A stretch of DNA of 64,000 bases from contig CALXQL010000016.1 of assembly GCA_944390685.1 (NCBI GenBank), positions 17,408 through 81,407 on the forward strand. The letters run 5' to 3'. This stretch comes from an uncultured Alphaproteobacteria bacterium (GTDB lineage: Bacteria > Pseudomonadota > Alphaproteobacteria > Rs-D84 > CACZYB01). A model generated the notes under the pieces. The model was not told the origin of the DNA and made no database searches. It saw only the letters and a list, made by a program, of their open reading frames with translations. Shown in pieces: positions 38,566 to 48,691 of this stretch (within the stretch, counting starts at the first letter, position 1; every line of letters starts with the position of its first letter). The position numbers and the translations under genes are program-made.

Positions 38566-39894
38566 TTAAAATAATTCTCCTTGTTCATCTTTCTTTATAA
38601 TAGTTTTATTTTTATGTGGTTTTTGATTGGTGGTGAATATATCAATTTTTCCATTTGCAAATTCAATTGTTGCAGTGTTAAGTTTTTGTAAAGCGTTTTT
38701 ATCACTTATTATTTCATCTTTATTCCAAACAATTGAATAACCTCTTTTTAATACATTTTTAAATGAATAACTTTCCAACATTTTATTAGAATAATTTATC
38801 TTATCTTTTAATATATTGATTTTATTTTTTGTTAAGATATCAAGTTTTGATGTTTTTTCATCAAGTCTTTGAAAAGCATCGTGTATGAATTGAGTTGGAT
38901 TTTTTATTTTGTTTGATAATGTTTCTATTTTCAATTTAAAATTATCGTATAAACGATTTATTGTATGAATGAATCTTGATGAATAATCATTTAGTGTTAT
39001 AAGAATTTCTTTTTTGACTGGAACTGCTTTTTCTGCCGCACCGGTTGGGGTAGGGGCTCTTAAATCTGATACATAATCAATTAATGTGGTATCGGTTTCA
39101 TGTCCAACAGCAGATATTATTGGTATGGTTGAGTTATATGTTGCCCTTACAACATTTTCTTCATTAAATGGCATTAAATCTTGCATGCTTCCACCACCTC
39201 TTGCAACTATTATTACATCAGGTCTATTATCATCATTTATTTTATTGAAGTTATTTATTGCTTCGGTGATTTGTATATCGGCGCCTTCTCCTTGGACTGC
39301 AACAGGATATAATAAAATTCTTGTTGGATATCTATCACTTATTCGGTGAATTATATCTTGAATAACGGCACCAGTTGGAGAGGTTATAACACCAATTATT
39401 TTTGGATATTTGGGAATAGGCTTTTTATGTGAATCATCAAAAATTCCTTCTTTTCTTAATTTTTCTTTTCTTTCTTCTATTATTTTTAATAAAGCTCCAA
39501 TGCCTGCAATCTCAATATTTTCAACGGTTAATTGGTATGAGGAACGTCCAGTATAAGCCGTAATTTTGCCGGTTATTATTACTTCAAGTCCATCTTCTAT
39601 TTTGGTGTTTATTTTAGTCCATTTCCATAATACACAATTTAATATATAATCCTTTGCATTAAGTGTTTCCTTTAAATCAAAATAGTATGTGCCAGAGGAA
39701 TGTTTTTTTAAGCCTATGATTTCACCTTTTATTTTTATATGAGAAAAGGTGTTTTCTAATGTTGATTTTAGTATGTTTGATAATTCCGCAACAGAGAAAA
39801 TTATTTCATTGTTTTCTTTTTCTTTAAGGGGTTCTTGTGATATTTCACCTATTAAATCATCAAAGATACTCATTATAAATCCTCTAAATTCCAA
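38566..39894 (-). CDS. xseA: exodeoxyribonuclease VII large subunit
   Basis: N-terminal OB fold, with RGGGSMQDL and AVGHETD motifs. Confidence 0.85.
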   Translation of the reverse strand: MEFRGFIMSIFDDLIGEISQEPLKEKENNEIIFSVAELSNILKSTLENTFSHIKIKGEIIGLKKHSSGTYYFDLKETLNAKDYILNCVLWKWTKINTKIEDGLEVIITGKITAYTGRSSYQLTVENIEIAGIGALLKIIEERKEKLRKEGIFDDSHKKPIPKYPKIIGVITSPTGAVIQDIIHRISDRYPTRILLYPVAVQGEGADIQITEAINNFNKINDDNRPDVIIVARGGGSMQDLMPFNEENVVRATYNSTIPIISAVGHETDTTLIDYVSDLRAPTPTGAAEKAVPVKKEILITLNDYSSRFIHTINRLYDNFKLKIETLSNKIKNPTQFIHDAFQRLDEKTSKLDILTKNKINILKDKINYSNKMLESYSFKNVLKRGYSIVWNKDEIISDKNALQKLNTATIEFANGKIDIFTTNQKPHKNKTIIKKDEQGELF

Positions 39895-40883
39895 CGTGGT
39901 TTTGGTGTGGTTGTATATGGAGAGGTTTTGCCGTTTTGATAGTTCAATAATCCAGCATAGGCAATCATTACTCCGTTATCCGTGCAATATTTTGGTGGTG
40001 CAAAGGAAACGTTTATATTTAATTTATTTCCTATATTTTCCAAAGTTTTTCTTATTTGAGAATTGCTTGAAACACCACCACCGGCGACAAGATATTTTAC
40101 ATCATTATTCATTTTTAATGCATCAGTTAATTTTTTATTTATTATATCAATTATTGATGCTTGGAAACTTGCACATATATCATTTTTTGTTGTTTCATCA
40201 ATGTTATTTAATTTTTCAATTTGTGTGCGAAGAGCTGTTTTTAATCCGGAAAAGGAAAAATTTAAATCGTGTGAGTGTAGCATTGGACGTGGAAAATCAT
40301 ATTTTGTTTCATCCCCTTTTTGTGCGGATTTTTCAATTTCTTTTCCACCCATATAATCCCAACCTAACATCTTTGCTACTTTATCAAAACATTCACCACA
40401 TGCATCATCAATCGTTGTGCCAAGAAGTTTATATTGTCCAACCCCATAGACTTTTAATATTTGTGTATGTCCACCGGATACCAATAATAACATATATGGA
40501 AATTTCAAATCTTTATTAAACATCATTGGCATTAATGCATGGGCTTCAAGATGATTGACCGCAACAAATGGTTTTTGTAGAGAATAGGCAATTGATTTTG
40601 CTATGCTTGAACCTACTATTAAACCGCCAATCAATCCAGGCCCACTTCCTGCACATATTACATCAATATCGTTTAGAGTAATTTGTGCTTCAATTAAAGC
40701 ATTTTTTATCAATTTATCAACGTAATTTAAGTGGCTTCGTGATGCAATTTCGGGAACAACACCGCCGTATTTTGAGTGCTCATCAAATTGTGTTATTATT
40801 TGATGTGCTAAGATTTCATTTTTATCATTTATTATAGCTACGGCTGTATCGTCGCAACTACTTTCTATTCCTAAACTTATCAT
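39873..40883 (-). CDS. tsaD: tRNA N6-adenosine threonylcarbamoyltransferase
   Basis: GIESSCDDT, VSGGHT and GGVSSN motifs; 336 aa. Confidence 0.9.
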   Translation of the reverse strand: MISLGIESSCDDTAVAIINDKNEILAHQIITQFDEHSKYGGVVPEIASRSHLNYVDKLIKNALIEAQITLNDIDVICAGSGPGLIGGLIVGSSIAKSIAYSLQKPFVAVNHLEAHALMPMMFNKDLKFPYMLLLVSGGHTQILKVYGVGQYKLLGTTIDDACGECFDKVAKMLGWDYMGGKEIEKSAQKGDETKYDFPRPMLHSHDLNFSFSGLKTALRTQIEKLNNIDETTKNDICASFQASIIDIINKKLTDALKMNNDVKYLVAGGGVSSNSQIRKTLENIGNKLNINVSFAPPKYCTDNGVMIAYAGLLNYQNGKTSPYTTTPKPRWNLEDL

Positions 40884-40963
40884 TTTATTTATTGCATTTT
40901 TTTTAAATTTATTATATTTCTTATATTATAAAAGTTTTTTTATTTATTTAAAAGAGGAAAGTT

Positions 40964-41581
40964 ATGAAAAAAGGTTTTTTATTTTGTTTTTTGGGGCTGA
41001 TGGCTTGTTCTTCTACAAATGAAATGGTGGATATGTCATTGGTTAATTATTCTTCTCTTTCCGCAAAAAGTAAGATTGTGCAAAAACCTACTCTTATTAA
41101 ATTGGGGATTGAACCTTTGAAAATTGAAGAATCTAGACCTTATATGATGAATTTGTTTAGAACTTTGCTTCCAGAATTAGAAAAAACCAATATTACTTAT
41201 CAAATGGCGGGACCTGATATTATTTTGACTATTCAATCTCATATTCTTTTAGATAGTAATATGAATATCTTAGATAGTATCAAACCTCAACTTGATAATA
41301 TGATTTTCATTTTAACTCAATTTGATAGAAATTTCATTGAGATTACTGGGCATACTTCTAGTGTAGGGCCAAAAAGTCAAAATTTAATCATTTCTAAACA
41401 AATGGCTTCTTCGGTTGCAAAATATTTTTTAAATACTATTCAAAATGGAAAGTTTAAAATTATTCCAGAAAGATTGTTTGTGAATGGTATGGGTGAAAGT
41501 ATGTGGATTGCCGATAATTCTACAAGAGAAGGGCAATTGCTTAATCATAGAATAGAAATAAGAATATCACCACTCATTTAA
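40964..41581 (+). CDS. OmpA-family lipoprotein (peptidoglycan-binding domain; Pal-like)
   Basis: Lipobox LMAC and a C-terminal OmpA-like block (ITGHTSS...NHRIEIRI). Confidence 0.6.
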   Translation: MKKGFLFCFLGLMACSSTNEMVDMSLVNYSSLSAKSKIVQKPTLIKLGIEPLKIEESRPYMMNLFRTLLPELEKTNITYQMAGPDIILTIQSHILLDSNMNILDSIKPQLDNMIFILTQFDRNFIEITGHTSSVGPKSQNLIISKQMASSVAKYFLNTIQNGKFKIIPERLFVNGMGESMWIADNSTREGQLLNHRIEIRISPLI

Positions 41582-41610
41582 AAAAAATCCCCGAATATGG
41601 GGATTTTATT

Positions 41611-42000
41611 TTATTTTGATGTTGGAACTTGAGGTTTTGAATTTGCCTCTTGTTTTATCATTTCTTTTTTTACATCATCTTCTGGTATTTTTTTTACCGA
41701 TGGAGTTTTAACTTGTTTTACAGATTGTTCTTGTTCCATCATGGTTTCAACAAAAGATTTTTCTTTATGGTTATTTCTTGACACTAAAAAGGCAAGGGCA
41801 ATACAGATTATAAAGAATAATGCACCCAAAATATAGGTTAATTTAGTAATCAATGTTGTTGCGGATTTTGTTGTGAATATTCCATTTTTTGAACCGCTTC
41901 CACCCATACCCAACACACCACCTTCACTTTTTTGAAGTAAAATTATGGAAATTAGTAATATTACAACTATAATATTAAGAACAAGAAGTGTATTTATCAT
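41611..42000 (-). CDS. secG: preprotein translocase subunit SecG
   Basis: MINTLLVLNIIVVILLISIILLQKSEGG...GG, a SecG-type two-TM protein. The start was taken at the internal Met rather than the track start at 42084. Confidence 0.7.
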   Translation of the reverse strand: MINTLLVLNIIVVILLISIILLQKSEGGVLGMGGSGSKNGIFTTKSATTLITKLTYILGALFFIICIALAFLVSRNNHKEKSFVETMMEQEQSVKQVKTPSVKKIPEDDVKKEMIKQEANSKPQVPTSK

Positions 42001-42074
42001 TTTATATTCCTTTATTTTGTTTATGAATGAAATATATTCTATAAAAAATTTAGAATCAAGAAAAAACAATAAAA

Positions 42075-42097
42075 AAACCTTCACATAATGAAGGTTT
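42075..42097. terminator. terminator hairpin (AAACCTTCA-CATAA-TGAAGGTTT)
   Basis: A 9-bp inverted repeat between the small ORF and secG. Confidence 0.5.
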
Positions 42098-42101
42098 TTA
42101 A

Positions 42102-42269
42102 TTATTTTTGAAGAGAATCTTTCGCTTTCATTGCTTCATCAACTTGTTTTGCAACAGCTTCGGCTTTTTCAATAGCCTCCTTTTCACCTTCTTGTAAAAA
42201 TTGTAAATTAACAAGTCCAGCACCCTGTTCAAACATTGCATTTTTTTGTTTTACATCTTTTTCTGACAT
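42102..42269 (-). CDS. small hypothetical protein (55 aa, below the ORF-track cutoff): MSEKDVKQKNAMFEQGAGLVNLQFLQEGEKEAIEKAEAVAKQVDEAMKAKDSLQK
   Basis: Translated by hand. A strong RBS AGAGGTAAG lies 5 nt upstream of the ATG, and a terminator follows. Confidence 0.35.
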   Translation of the reverse strand: MSEKDVKQKNAMFEQGAGLVNLQFLQEGEKEAIEKAEAVAKQVDEAMKAKDSLQK

Positions 42270-42437
42270 AACTTACCTCTTCTTTGTTTTTTCTTATGAT
42301 ACCATAAAAAAATAATCTTGTAAAGTTTTTTTATAAATTTTATTTTCTTTTATATTATATAAAAAATATTATTTGTCAATACTTTTTTTTTAAAAATTTA
42401 TCTTTTATTTTAAAATTTATGTGTCATAATAGAAAAT

Positions 42438-43355
42438 ATGAGAAGGAATTCAAATTTTAATTATATAATATTGTCGCTTCTTGTCGTGTTTATGCTTCAA
42501 GGGTGTGATATTTACTCTTTTAATAAATTTGCCGATACTGTTAATGAAAAAACATCTAATTTTATTGAGTCTGTCATCAATTATAATTATAGTGAATTTT
42601 TTTATAAGTTAAAAATGGCATATAAAACAACAAAACGTGAAAGATATCCTGAAATACAATTCATTGATATTGCTACTCAAAGAGATGGACAATTATATGC
42701 TTACAATGGTGTGATTGAAGAATGTAAATTGCTTCCTTGTAATATAAAGGAAAGCATTATAAATAGAAATACTATATTTCCAGAAAATACTATGGCAAAG
42801 TTGGTGATTGAGATACCGGTTGTATCGGCTCAGGCTTTTTTAGATGCCATTTCAAAATATGGTAAAATTGTAAAAAATAAAAATCAAAAAGATATGTTTA
42901 TCTCAAAAGATTTAGATTATTACAATAATGAAATTCAATCTTTACAGCTTATTAAGGATAATATTGAGGCTAATTTATCAAAAAAAGATGTTTTTAATCC
43001 AAAACAAGTTGAGGAGTTGGAAGAGGAGTTATCTTCTATCAATAATAAATTACTTTATTTGACAAGTGATATAAAATATTTAAATGATGTGCAATTAAAT
43101 AAGTTGATTAAAATAAATATCAATAAAGAATTTAACTCAACAAGTAATAAAGTAAAAACTAAATTACAGAATTTTATTTATTTCTTAAGTGATTATTTAC
43201 ATATAATTATTTTAATAATTGCTTTTGTGATTATTTATAAAACTATTAAACTTTTAAAAAATGGTATAGTGTTATTGTTTAAAAGTATTAAAAATAGAAA
43301 AAAGGTTGTAAGTCAGGTTAGCGTTTCAAGCGAGCCTCATTTACCAAAATTTTAA
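42438..43355 (+). CDS. hypothetical lipoprotein (lipobox MLQGC) with a C-terminal TM segment
   Basis: Signal peptide plus Cys, and a hydrophobic helix HIIILIIAFVIIY near the C-terminus. Confidence 0.5.
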   Translation: MRRNSNFNYIILSLLVVFMLQGCDIYSFNKFADTVNEKTSNFIESVINYNYSEFFYKLKMAYKTTKRERYPEIQFIDIATQRDGQLYAYNGVIEECKLLPCNIKESIINRNTIFPENTMAKLVIEIPVVSAQAFLDAISKYGKIVKNKNQKDMFISKDLDYYNNEIQSLQLIKDNIEANLSKKDVFNPKQVEELEEELSSINNKLLYLTSDIKYLNDVQLNKLIKININKEFNSTSNKVKTKLQNFIYFLSDYLHIIILIIAFVIIYKTIKLLKNGIVLLFKSIKNRKKVVSQVSVSSEPHLPKF

Positions 43356-43373
43356 AAAAAAAGGAGTGTCGTT

Positions 43374-44006
43374 ATGGTAAAAATAATAAATCCATCTTAT
43401 GAAATATTAACACCTATAAATGGAAATGAAATTTTAAAGTTAATTGAACTTGCGGGAAGGACTTGTTATAAATCTCATGATTTGATTACCGACGAATCGG
43501 CAAAAAATTTTGTGCAAAAAATCGCTCAACGTGGACATGAATCTGTTATAGAACATTTTAATATTAGTGTTAGATTTATTTGTAATAGAGGTTTTACTCA
43601 TGAACTTGTAAGACATAGATTGGCGGCATATTCCCAAGAATCTACTAGGTATTGTAATTATTCAAAGGATAAATTCGGTAATGAAATTACAACAATTAAA
43701 CCTTTTGAAGTAGAAGAAGGAACAAAGGAATTTGATTTATGGAAAGAGGCTATGGAAAATGCTGAAAAATCATATATGGCTATGATTGAAAATGGCTCTA
43801 AACCAGAAAATGCTAGGGGAGTGCTTCCTATTGATATAAAAACTGAAATTGTTATTACAACCAATCTTCGTGAATGGAAACATATTTTTAAATTAAGAAC
43901 AGGAAAAGCGGCTCATCCAAGTATGAGACAACTTATGATTCCTTTATTAAAAGAATTTCAAGAAAAAGTTCCAGTAATTTTTGATGATATTGTGCCAAAT
44001 TCTTAA
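43374..44006 (+). CDS. thyX: flavin-dependent thymidylate synthase
   Basis: ThyX motif RHRLAAYSQESTRY and a RGHESV block; 210 aa. Confidence 0.8.
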   Translation: MVKIINPSYEILTPINGNEILKLIELAGRTCYKSHDLITDESAKNFVQKIAQRGHESVIEHFNISVRFICNRGFTHELVRHRLAAYSQESTRYCNYSKDKFGNEITTIKPFEVEEGTKEFDLWKEAMENAEKSYMAMIENGSKPENARGVLPIDIKTEIVITTNLREWKHIFKLRTGKAAHPSMRQLMIPLLKEFQEKVPVIFDDIVPNS

Positions 44007-44029
44007 AAAAAAGTTGCAAAAATTAACTT

Positions 44030-45601
44030 ATGGTTTATATTTTAAAGATAAGGAGAGAGAAAATTTTAAATTTTATTAAACATACTATTTTAAATACTTC
44101 AAAAAATCTTTGGTTTTTTGTTAGTTGTATGTTTGTTTCTTTTTCTTCATTTGCAAACTTGCCTGTAAAACATAATAATTATGTTGATACAATTAGAAAT
44201 ATTGATTTTTATTCCAATAAAGTAAAAGATAAGTTCGCAAATTCTTTGTCTTATGAATATAAATCACTTGCTCTTTATAAATATCAATATGCAAATGATT
44301 TAGATGATGCAAATCATTTTGCAATTAAGGCTTTGTCCGCTTATCATGGGGAAAGGGTCAAGCCTGATAATATTTATAAAAGAAATCTTCCTTTGAAAAA
44401 TATTGTCGCTATTAGTAATTCTTATGATGAATTATTAAATATTTTGGGAACGGATATTAAAAATGAATATCCTCAATTGATGGCGGAAGCTCAAGTTAAA
44501 TTTGATTGTTGGGTGGAAAGTGAAGAAGCAGGTTTGAAAAAACAAGCTGTTAATTGTAGAAATCGTTTTATGAAAGCAAAGGATAAATTACTTGGTATCA
44601 TTTCTGATGATTGTTTCAAATGTAAAGAACAACTTAAAAAGAAAGAAGAAACAACTATTTCAAAAGAAGATAAACTTAAAAATTTTGATGGTCAACATCT
44701 TAACCTTCCAAAGTGGCCTAATATGCCTATGATACGGAATAATCCTCCTAAACCTGTTATAATGAATCAAACAAGTAATGGTTTCATTGTTGCAAATAAT
44801 AATAATCAAGCTAGTTTAAAAGAAATTAAGGCTATAAGTGAATCTATTAAACAACTTGAAAAAGAAATATTTAAATTGAGAAACCAAAAACCTTCTACTC
44901 AAGTTTTAAGAACTTCTCAAGGTGAAAAAACTATTGTCGTATCAGATCCAACAAATGCAAATAAAACTGATATTTATGAATTAAAAGAAATTTTGGCTGA
45001 TATGCAAAAACAGATAAATTCTGCCAATAAGGGGGATATTGCTGAATTGAAAAATGCTTTGATGCAACTTCAAATGCAATTAGATGAGTTAAGGCTTGCT
45101 ATACCAGAACCAATTGATAATACCGATATCATTCGTGAAGATATTATGTATTTGGAAGAGGAGATTTTGGCTTTGTCTCAACAAATTGAAAATATTGAAA
45201 TGCCTGAATGTGAAATCCCTTATAATCAAATGAATCAAGATGATTATATGGAAGAAGAAATTTTTGATGAACCTTCTTCTTTATTACCTTATGAAGTATT
45301 TTTTGATTGGGATAAGGATAATGTGGATTATAAGTTTTTGCCTCAATTAAAAGATATTGTTAATAAAGCTTTGTCTTCAAAAGAAACTATTATAATTCAA
45401 GGTCATACCGATACTTCGGGTGATGAAAATTATAATAAAGATTTATCAAATAGAAGGGCTTTGGCTGTTGCAAAAATTATTGAATCTTTGGGCATTCCTT
45501 CATCAAAAATCACTATACAAGCGATGGGGTCAACAGATCCAAAAATTCCAACGGAAATTGGTGTCAAAAAACCTGAAAATAGAAGAGTTGTTATAAAATA
45601 G
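44030..45601 (+). CDS. OmpA-domain protein (N-terminal signal/anchor, central coiled-coil, C-terminal OmpA peptidoglycan-binding domain)
   Basis: C-terminal QGHTDTSGDENYNKDLSNRRALAVAKII...NRRVVI OmpA signature. Confidence 0.65.
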   Translation: MVYILKIRREKILNFIKHTILNTSKNLWFFVSCMFVSFSSFANLPVKHNNYVDTIRNIDFYSNKVKDKFANSLSYEYKSLALYKYQYANDLDDANHFAIKALSAYHGERVKPDNIYKRNLPLKNIVAISNSYDELLNILGTDIKNEYPQLMAEAQVKFDCWVESEEAGLKKQAVNCRNRFMKAKDKLLGIISDDCFKCKEQLKKKEETTISKEDKLKNFDGQHLNLPKWPNMPMIRNNPPKPVIMNQTSNGFIVANNNNQASLKEIKAISESIKQLEKEIFKLRNQKPSTQVLRTSQGEKTIVVSDPTNANKTDIYELKEILADMQKQINSANKGDIAELKNALMQLQMQLDELRLAIPEPIDNTDIIREDIMYLEEEILALSQQIENIEMPECEIPYNQMNQDDYMEEEIFDEPSSLLPYEVFFDWDKDNVDYKFLPQLKDIVNKALSSKETIIIQGHTDTSGDENYNKDLSNRRALAVAKIIESLGIPSSKITIQAMGSTDPKIPTEIGVKKPENRRVVIK

Positions 45602-45665
45602 TATTGTAATATGAATTTTTTTATAATAATATATTTTTGATTTTAACAAAAAAAGAGGTCTTAAT

Positions 45666-46859
45666 ATGTCAAATTTAAAAACTATAAATGATATTCAAGA
45701 TTTAAATGGTAAAAAGGTTTTGGTGCGTGCTGATTTGAATGTGCCAACAGAAGGTGATAAAATTACAGATGATAGTCGTATTGTAAGATTTGCTCCTACT
45801 GCTAAATTATTATCTGATAAAGGTGCAAAGGTGATTATTGTTACCCATTTTGGTCGTCCAAAAGGTAAAACTTTGGAATTTTCAAATAAAATTTTGGTAG
45901 AAAATTTATCAAATGCTATTGGTAAACCAGTTGATTTTATTGATGATACTATTGGTGATAAAGTAGAAGAAAAAATAAACAATATGAATAATGGCGATAT
46001 ACTTCTTTTGGAAAATGTTCGTTTTTATAAAGAAGAAGAAGAAAATAATCCAGATTTTGCAAAAAAATTATCTTTATTAGGTGAAGTTTTTGTAAATGAT
46101 GCTTTTTCTACTGCTCATCGTGCACATGCTTCAACCGAAGGTGTTACTCATTATCTTCCTTCTTATGCTGGACTTTTGATGGAAGAAGAAGTGAATGCTT
46201 TGACAAAGGCTCTTGAAAATCCTGTGCATCCTGCAATTGCAATAGTTGGTGGTTCAAAGGTATCAACTAAATTAGCGGTGCTTGAAAATATTACCAAAAA
46301 AGTTGATGCAATAGTTATTGGTGGTGCAATGGCAAATACTTTCTTACTTGCTCAAGGTTATGGTATAGGGGAATCTATGGCTGAACCTGATATGAAAGAT
46401 ACTGCATTGAAGATTATTGAAGAAGCTAAGAAAAATGGTTGTGAAATACTTCTTCCAATTGATGTATGTGTGGCAAAAAAGTTTGAAGCAAATGCCGAAA
46501 ATGAATTTAAGGGTGTTGATGATGTTGATGGCGATTGGAAAATATTTGATGTAGGTCCTGAAACTTCAAAAATATTAGAAACAAAATTTAATGATGCAAA
46601 AACTATTCTTTGGAATGGTCCTTTGGGTGTTTTTGAACTTGTTCCATTTGATAGAGGAACAAATGAATTGGCTCGCGTTGTTGCAAAATTAACAAAAGAT
46701 GGAAAAGTTGTTTCTGTAGCAGGTGGTGGAGATACTGTTTCCGCTTTGAATAATGCCGGTGTAGCAAATAATTTTTCATATATATCAACTGCGGGTGGTG
46801 CATTTTTGGAATGGTTAGAGGGAAAAACTCTTCCTGCTATACCACCACTTATGAAATAA
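45666..46859 (+). CDS. pgk: phosphoglycerate kinase
   Basis: LVRADLNVP, FGRPKG and AGGGDT motifs; 397 aa. Confidence 0.95.
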   Translation: MSNLKTINDIQDLNGKKVLVRADLNVPTEGDKITDDSRIVRFAPTAKLLSDKGAKVIIVTHFGRPKGKTLEFSNKILVENLSNAIGKPVDFIDDTIGDKVEEKINNMNNGDILLLENVRFYKEEEENNPDFAKKLSLLGEVFVNDAFSTAHRAHASTEGVTHYLPSYAGLLMEEEVNALTKALENPVHPAIAIVGGSKVSTKLAVLENITKKVDAIVIGGAMANTFLLAQGYGIGESMAEPDMKDTALKIIEEAKKNGCEILLPIDVCVAKKFEANAENEFKGVDDVDGDWKIFDVGPETSKILETKFNDAKTILWNGPLGVFELVPFDRGTNELARVVAKLTKDGKVVSVAGGGDTVSALNNAGVANNFSYISTAGGAFLEWLEGKTLPAIPPLMK

Positions 46860-46862
46860 ATT

Positions 46863-46894
46863 GATGCTCTTGATAAAAATCAAGAGCATTTTTT
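46863..46894 (+). terminator. rho-independent terminator (GATGCTCTTGAT-AAAAAT-CAAGAGCAT followed by TTTTT)
   Basis: A 12-bp stem (one mismatch) plus a T-run after pgk. Confidence 0.65.
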
Positions 46895-46915
46895 ATATAA
46901 TAAAAAGGAGAAAAT

Positions 46916-47092
46916 ATGAAGCAAGTAAATGTTGTGGGAGCTAATATATCTCAAGAAGAATATCATGATGCAGTTTTAATTTTCTTAAATTTAGAATCTG
47001 TTTCAAATTCTGATTTAACAAAAAGAGAAAGAAAATTATATAGAGATGCTGAAAAGATTATTAAAAATTATACTTTAGAAAAAACTAAATAA
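46916..47092 (+). CDS. small hypothetical protein (58 aa, below the ORF-track cutoff): MKQVNVVGANISQEEYHDAVLIFLNLESVSNSDLTKRERKLYRDAEKIIKNYTLEKTK
   Basis: Translated by hand; a strong RBS AAAAGGAGAAAATATG precedes it. Confidence 0.4.
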   Translation: MKQVNVVGANISQEEYHDAVLIFLNLESVSNSDLTKRERKLYRDAEKIIKNYTLEKTK

Positions 47093-47150
47093 TTATAGAT
47101 AAGTTTTTTAAAATGTGATATACTTTATTTATATAAATAAGGAGTATGTT

Positions 47151-47702
47151 ATGAAATTTAAATTAGTTTATACTGGAGAATTAAAGATAAATCCAAAAAA
47201 AAGAAGTCAACATTTGCATGATATTCGTATGGCTTTGTCACCACAACTTGAAAGGTTAACAGAAATTTCTCCTTATAATACTATTAAAGAAAAAATGCAA
47301 AAAAGACCTTTGAAGGGGATAAGAGAAATTGATGGTGCTAAATTTTTCCCTATTATTAGACCGGAACTTAATTTAGTGGCTGAACTTGATATACAAATAC
47401 TTCATCCGGAATTATTGGAAACTCCTCGTGCAGATATTGATAATAGAATGAAGACCTTACTTGATGCGTTGAAAAGACCTCAAAGTGCACATGAATTGTG
47501 TGAAGGAATAAATAAAGATGAAGTTATTTATACATTGCTTGATGATGATCATTTGGTAACAAAAATGCTTATCAATACAAGTCATCTTTTATATAAAGAA
47601 TTGAATCCTAGTCCAAATAGGGATTATGAATTGTTGGTTATTATCACTGTGAATATTAAGGCGTCTAAGGGGACTACGGATAATTTGGCAATAATCGTTT
47701 AA
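47151..47702 (+). CDS. hypothetical protein (183 aa)
   Basis: ORF with an RBS (AAGGAGTATGTTATG). The start was taken at the internal Met of the track ORF 47115..47702. No domain recognised. Confidence 0.45.
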   Translation: MKFKLVYTGELKINPKKRSQHLHDIRMALSPQLERLTEISPYNTIKEKMQKRPLKGIREIDGAKFFPIIRPELNLVAELDIQILHPELLETPRADIDNRMKTLLDALKRPQSAHELCEGINKDEVIYTLLDDDHLVTKMLINTSHLLYKELNPSPNRDYELLVIITVNIKASKGTTDNLAIIV

Positions 47703-47705
47703 TAT

Positions 47706-47730
47706 ATCCCCTATTTATAGGGGATTATTC
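47706..47730 (+). terminator. putative terminator hairpin (ATCCCCTAT..ATAGGGGAT)
   Basis: A 9-bp inverted repeat with a tight loop and a weak T-run. Confidence 0.35.
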
Positions 47731-47768
47731 TTGACTTTTGCTATATTTTATTATATTGTTATAGTAAT

Positions 47769-47843
47769 GCTACTGTGGCTCAGTGGTAGAGCACACCCTT
47801 GGTAAGGGTGGGGTCGTGAGTCCGATTCTCACCAGTAGCACCA
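47769..47843 (+). tRNA. tRNA-Thr (anticodon GGT)
   Basis: Acceptor GCTACTG/CAGTAGC, anticodon stem CACCC/GGGTG, loop TTGGTAA and a CCA end. Confidence 0.85.
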
Positions 47844-47875
47844 TTTTTCTTTTATAATTTCATTTTATACAATAA

Positions 47876-47904
47876 AAAAACTCATCATTAAGATGAGTTT
47901 TTTT
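47876..47904. terminator. bidirectional terminator (AAAAACTCATC-ATTAA-GATGAGTTTTT)
   Basis: Inverted repeat with A/T runs on both sides. Confidence 0.55.
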
Positions 47905-47919
47905 GTGGTTTAGTTTTTA

Positions 47920-48621
47920 TTAATCAATTGTTGTATTATTCAAAAGCCAATCTTTAAATTCAACTACATTATTAACTTCGGCATCAAATTTTCTATCTGA
48001 TGGAGTGTCTGTTGTAAATCCTGGACGGCAACGAACTGCATGCATACCAACTTTTAAAGCTGTATCACAATTGAAAATTCTATCATCAACCATAACAGTT
48101 TCTTCTGGAACAAGATTATATTTTTTGAGGCATTCTATTATTCTTTGTTCCTTTTCACCGACCATAGCTTTTCCATGAGAAGCATCACTTGTTGATTTTT
48201 GATGTTCTACAACTTCAATAGTTACGAAAGATAATTCAGGTCCAAGTGTATCTGCAATCATTTTTCTTTTTATTTCAGCATTGAAACCAGATGACATTGT
48301 AAATTGTCTATATCCTTTTTCATGAAGTTCTTTCAATGTTTCAACAACATTTGGGTAAAGAGGTCTATCAAAATAAATTTCACCAGAGTTATGGCAAAAA
48401 TCGTGATTGAATTCCTTTCCCATTGTTGGATGAGATGTTAATTCTAATGAACCAAATTTTGGATCAATTGGTAGAGCTTTTGGTAAATCTTCCCATTTTA
48501 AGTCTTTATATTGATCCTTATAATTTGGATGTTCTGTTAAAAAACGATAATAGGCATTATCAAGGTTTGCAAGAACCTCGTCAACATCCCAAAATATATT
48601 TTTTATTATAGGTTTTGACAT
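47920..48621 (-). CDS. HAD-superfamily hydrolase (5'-nucleotidase-like)
   Basis: WDVDEVLANL motif I (DxDxV) and a C-terminal VDDRIFNCDTA motif. Confidence 0.6.
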   Translation of the reverse strand: MSKPIIKNIFWDVDEVLANLDNAYYRFLTEHPNYKDQYKDLKWEDLPKALPIDPKFGSLELTSHPTMGKEFNHDFCHNSGEIYFDRPLYPNVVETLKELHEKGYRQFTMSSGFNAEIKRKMIADTLGPELSFVTIEVVEHQKSTSDASHGKAMVGEKEQRIIECLKKYNLVPEETVMVDDRIFNCDTALKVGMHAVRCRPGFTTDTPSDRKFDAEVNNVVEFKDWLLNNTTID

Positions 48622-48691
48622 TATATTCTCCTTTTGTTATTAATATAACTAATTTATTATATTATATTTTTTATTTTTTTGCAATTTTTGA

